A DNA stretch of 63,594 nt, counting the filler, from Chiloscyllium plagiosum (Eukaryota): the NCBI RefSeq assembly GCF_004010195.1. It is 4 parts of one record of this genome, joined end to end, with 100 filler letters (N's around TTAATTAATTAA, not from the genome) between each part and the next. Parts side by side here need not be neighbours in the genome. Positions count along the whole stretch, not along the records: positions 58,223 to 63,594 come from NC_057711.1; 3 more parts are not named here. The stretch is one strand, 5' to 3'. The position numbers were made by a program, and so were the translations under genes. Below the pieces are notes generated by a model. It saw only the letters and a program-made list of their open reading frames with translations. It was not told the DNA's origin and did not search any database. Positions 62,041 to 63,594 of the stretch are shown here, one piece after another; position 1 is the first letter of the stretch; the number at the start of each line of letters is the position of its first letter.

Positions 62041-63197
62041 TATTTAATTCCTGAACAGAATATGGGTATGGCTGGGTAAGGCAAGCATTTATTGCTATCT
62101 TAAACTGTCCTTGAGAATATAATGATGAATCGCCCATTGAACTGTAACAAATTTGTGCCATGTAACTACACCCAAAGCACATCGGGGGAGTGTTAAAGGA
62201 GTTTGATCCAAAAGCAGGAAAGAAACAATGTTATGAGATTGAATTATCTACTTTGCAGTCCAATTTCTAGATTAGGTGTAGGAAGTAGGAGTCACACCAT
62301 CAGTGGTTTGGATTTTCTGGCGTGATCATAAGGTTCCCAACTCATTACATATGCATATGTAATGCATATGTGAAGCTTATGCAACAGGCAGCAAATACAC
62401 AATGTTGCAGTTAATGTTCAGGATTGAAGGTACTGGCAACATATTTAGAAAGCACTAGTCAGGCATTCTCTCAATGTAAGCCAGGATCAGCTTAGTCTAT
62501 GCTAGCTCCATAAAGAAGTGGTCAACAGTTATGGAGGTCTCAACAGAGATAACAAGTTCCCACAATAAGGAAGAAACATCTATCTCTAACCAAGGAAAGT
62601 AAGGCTGATATTGAGGGGATTAAAATAAAATACAATGCGACTAAAATGAGTGATGTTCCAGAGGATTTGAGAGAATAAGAAATAGGAAGTAGCAAAGGAT
62701 AAATAAAAAAAGGAAAGAAATTTGAGTAAGAGAATAAACCATCAATAAAACTTTAATAATTTCTCCAAGGATATAAAAAGGAAGAAAGTAGCTGAAGTAA
62801 ATTTATAACCATTACCTATTTTCTTTATTCATTTTAGCCAAATCTGTCTTCACATCCTCAATTTCCTTTATTTTTGTTTATGATTTCAGATCGATGGTTT
62901 TTAATTTCAAATTACATAAAAGATTCTACATGTTAAATTACTTTTGTTGTGGGATTGTCTGCTCTGAGATAAATAATCAATCCTATCTCATTATACATTA
63001 TGTGATCTAAAATAGTTTGTTGTCATATTGAATGCATAAGACATTGTTCAAAGAAAATGGTCCAAAATACATGATATCAACTCGTCTTCATGCCTATATT
63101 TTCTACCTACTTTACTTTGTCAAATCTGTATGGAGACAAAGAGAAACTCACAATTACTGCAGCATCTTTCTTGTTAGTCACCATCATTTCATAAATT

Positions 63198-63553
63198 GTT
63201 GTGGTTCTGTTCGCCGAGCTGGAAGTTTTTGTTGCAAACGTTTCGTCCCTTGACTAGGCAACATCATCAGTGCTTGGGAGCCTCCTGCGAAGCACTTCTT
63301 TGATGTTTCCTCCGGTGTTTATAGTGGTCTGTCCCTGCCGCTTCCGGTTGTCAGTTTCAGCTGTCCGCTGTAGTGGTTGGTATATTGGGTCCAGGTCGAT
63401 GTGTTTGTTGATGGAGTTTGTGGATGAATGCCATGCCTCTAGGAATTCCCTGGCTGTTCTCTGTCTGACTTGCCCTATGATAGTAGTGTTGTCCCAGTCG
63501 AATTCATGTTGCTTGTTGTCTGCGCGTGTGGCTACTAAGGATAGCTGGTCATG
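63198..63553 (-). mobile_element. Penelope-like 3' end: GIY-YIG endonuclease C-terminus plus terminal repeat
   Basis: Minus strand reads HDQLSLVATRADNKQHEFDWDNTTIIGQVRQRTAREFLEAWHSSTNSINKHIDLDPIYQ; the terminus matches 15680-15766. Confidence 0.9.
63234..63273 (-). ncRNA. Minimal hammerhead-ribozyme motif
   Basis: GCA-CTGATGA-T-GTTGCCT/agtca/AGGGAC-GAAA-CG-TT-TGC; stem I GCA/TGC and an imperfect stem II. Confidence 0.6.
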
Positions 63554-63594
63554 CTAAATTACCCATAGTGCCCAGGGATGTGCAGGTTAGGGTG
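63548..63594 (+). mobile_element. HE1-type SINE internal fragment at the window edge
   Basis: catgctaaattacccatagtg...gatgtgcaggttagggtg. Confidence 0.75.

Overview
This is repeat-rich vertebrate genomic DNA, almost certainly from a shark or other elasmobranch, because it carries the HE1-type V-SINE, its HER1/CR1 partner LINE and SacSINE1-like DeuSINEs. I can support no host protein-coding exon, rRNA, tRNA or CRISPR array, so the window reads as intergenic or deep-intronic. Nearly all recognisable ORFs are transposon debris: CR1/HER1, L2, Rex1, Penelope RT and GIY-YIG, Harbinger transposase and Myb/SANT remnants, a TA-flanked MITE and a probable solo LTR. There are six N gaps, three of which are artificial 100-bp spacers containing TTAATTAATTAA. 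The most notable structures are: (1) recurrent Penelope-derived fold-back mini-insertions with 13-16 bp target-site duplications, several carrying minimal hammerhead-ribozyme motifs; (2) a twin-priming-type inverted HER1 insertion; (3) a 125-bp duplication bracketing a SINE head; (4) an L2 > LTR > HER1 nest; (5) a local duplication with a later 50-bp LINE-tail insertion; and (6) several repeat-free, TF-motif-rich blocks that are candidate conserved enhancers. Family names come from my recognition of motifs, not database searches, and the boundaries of old repeats are approximate. I found no convincing wholly new biological system.
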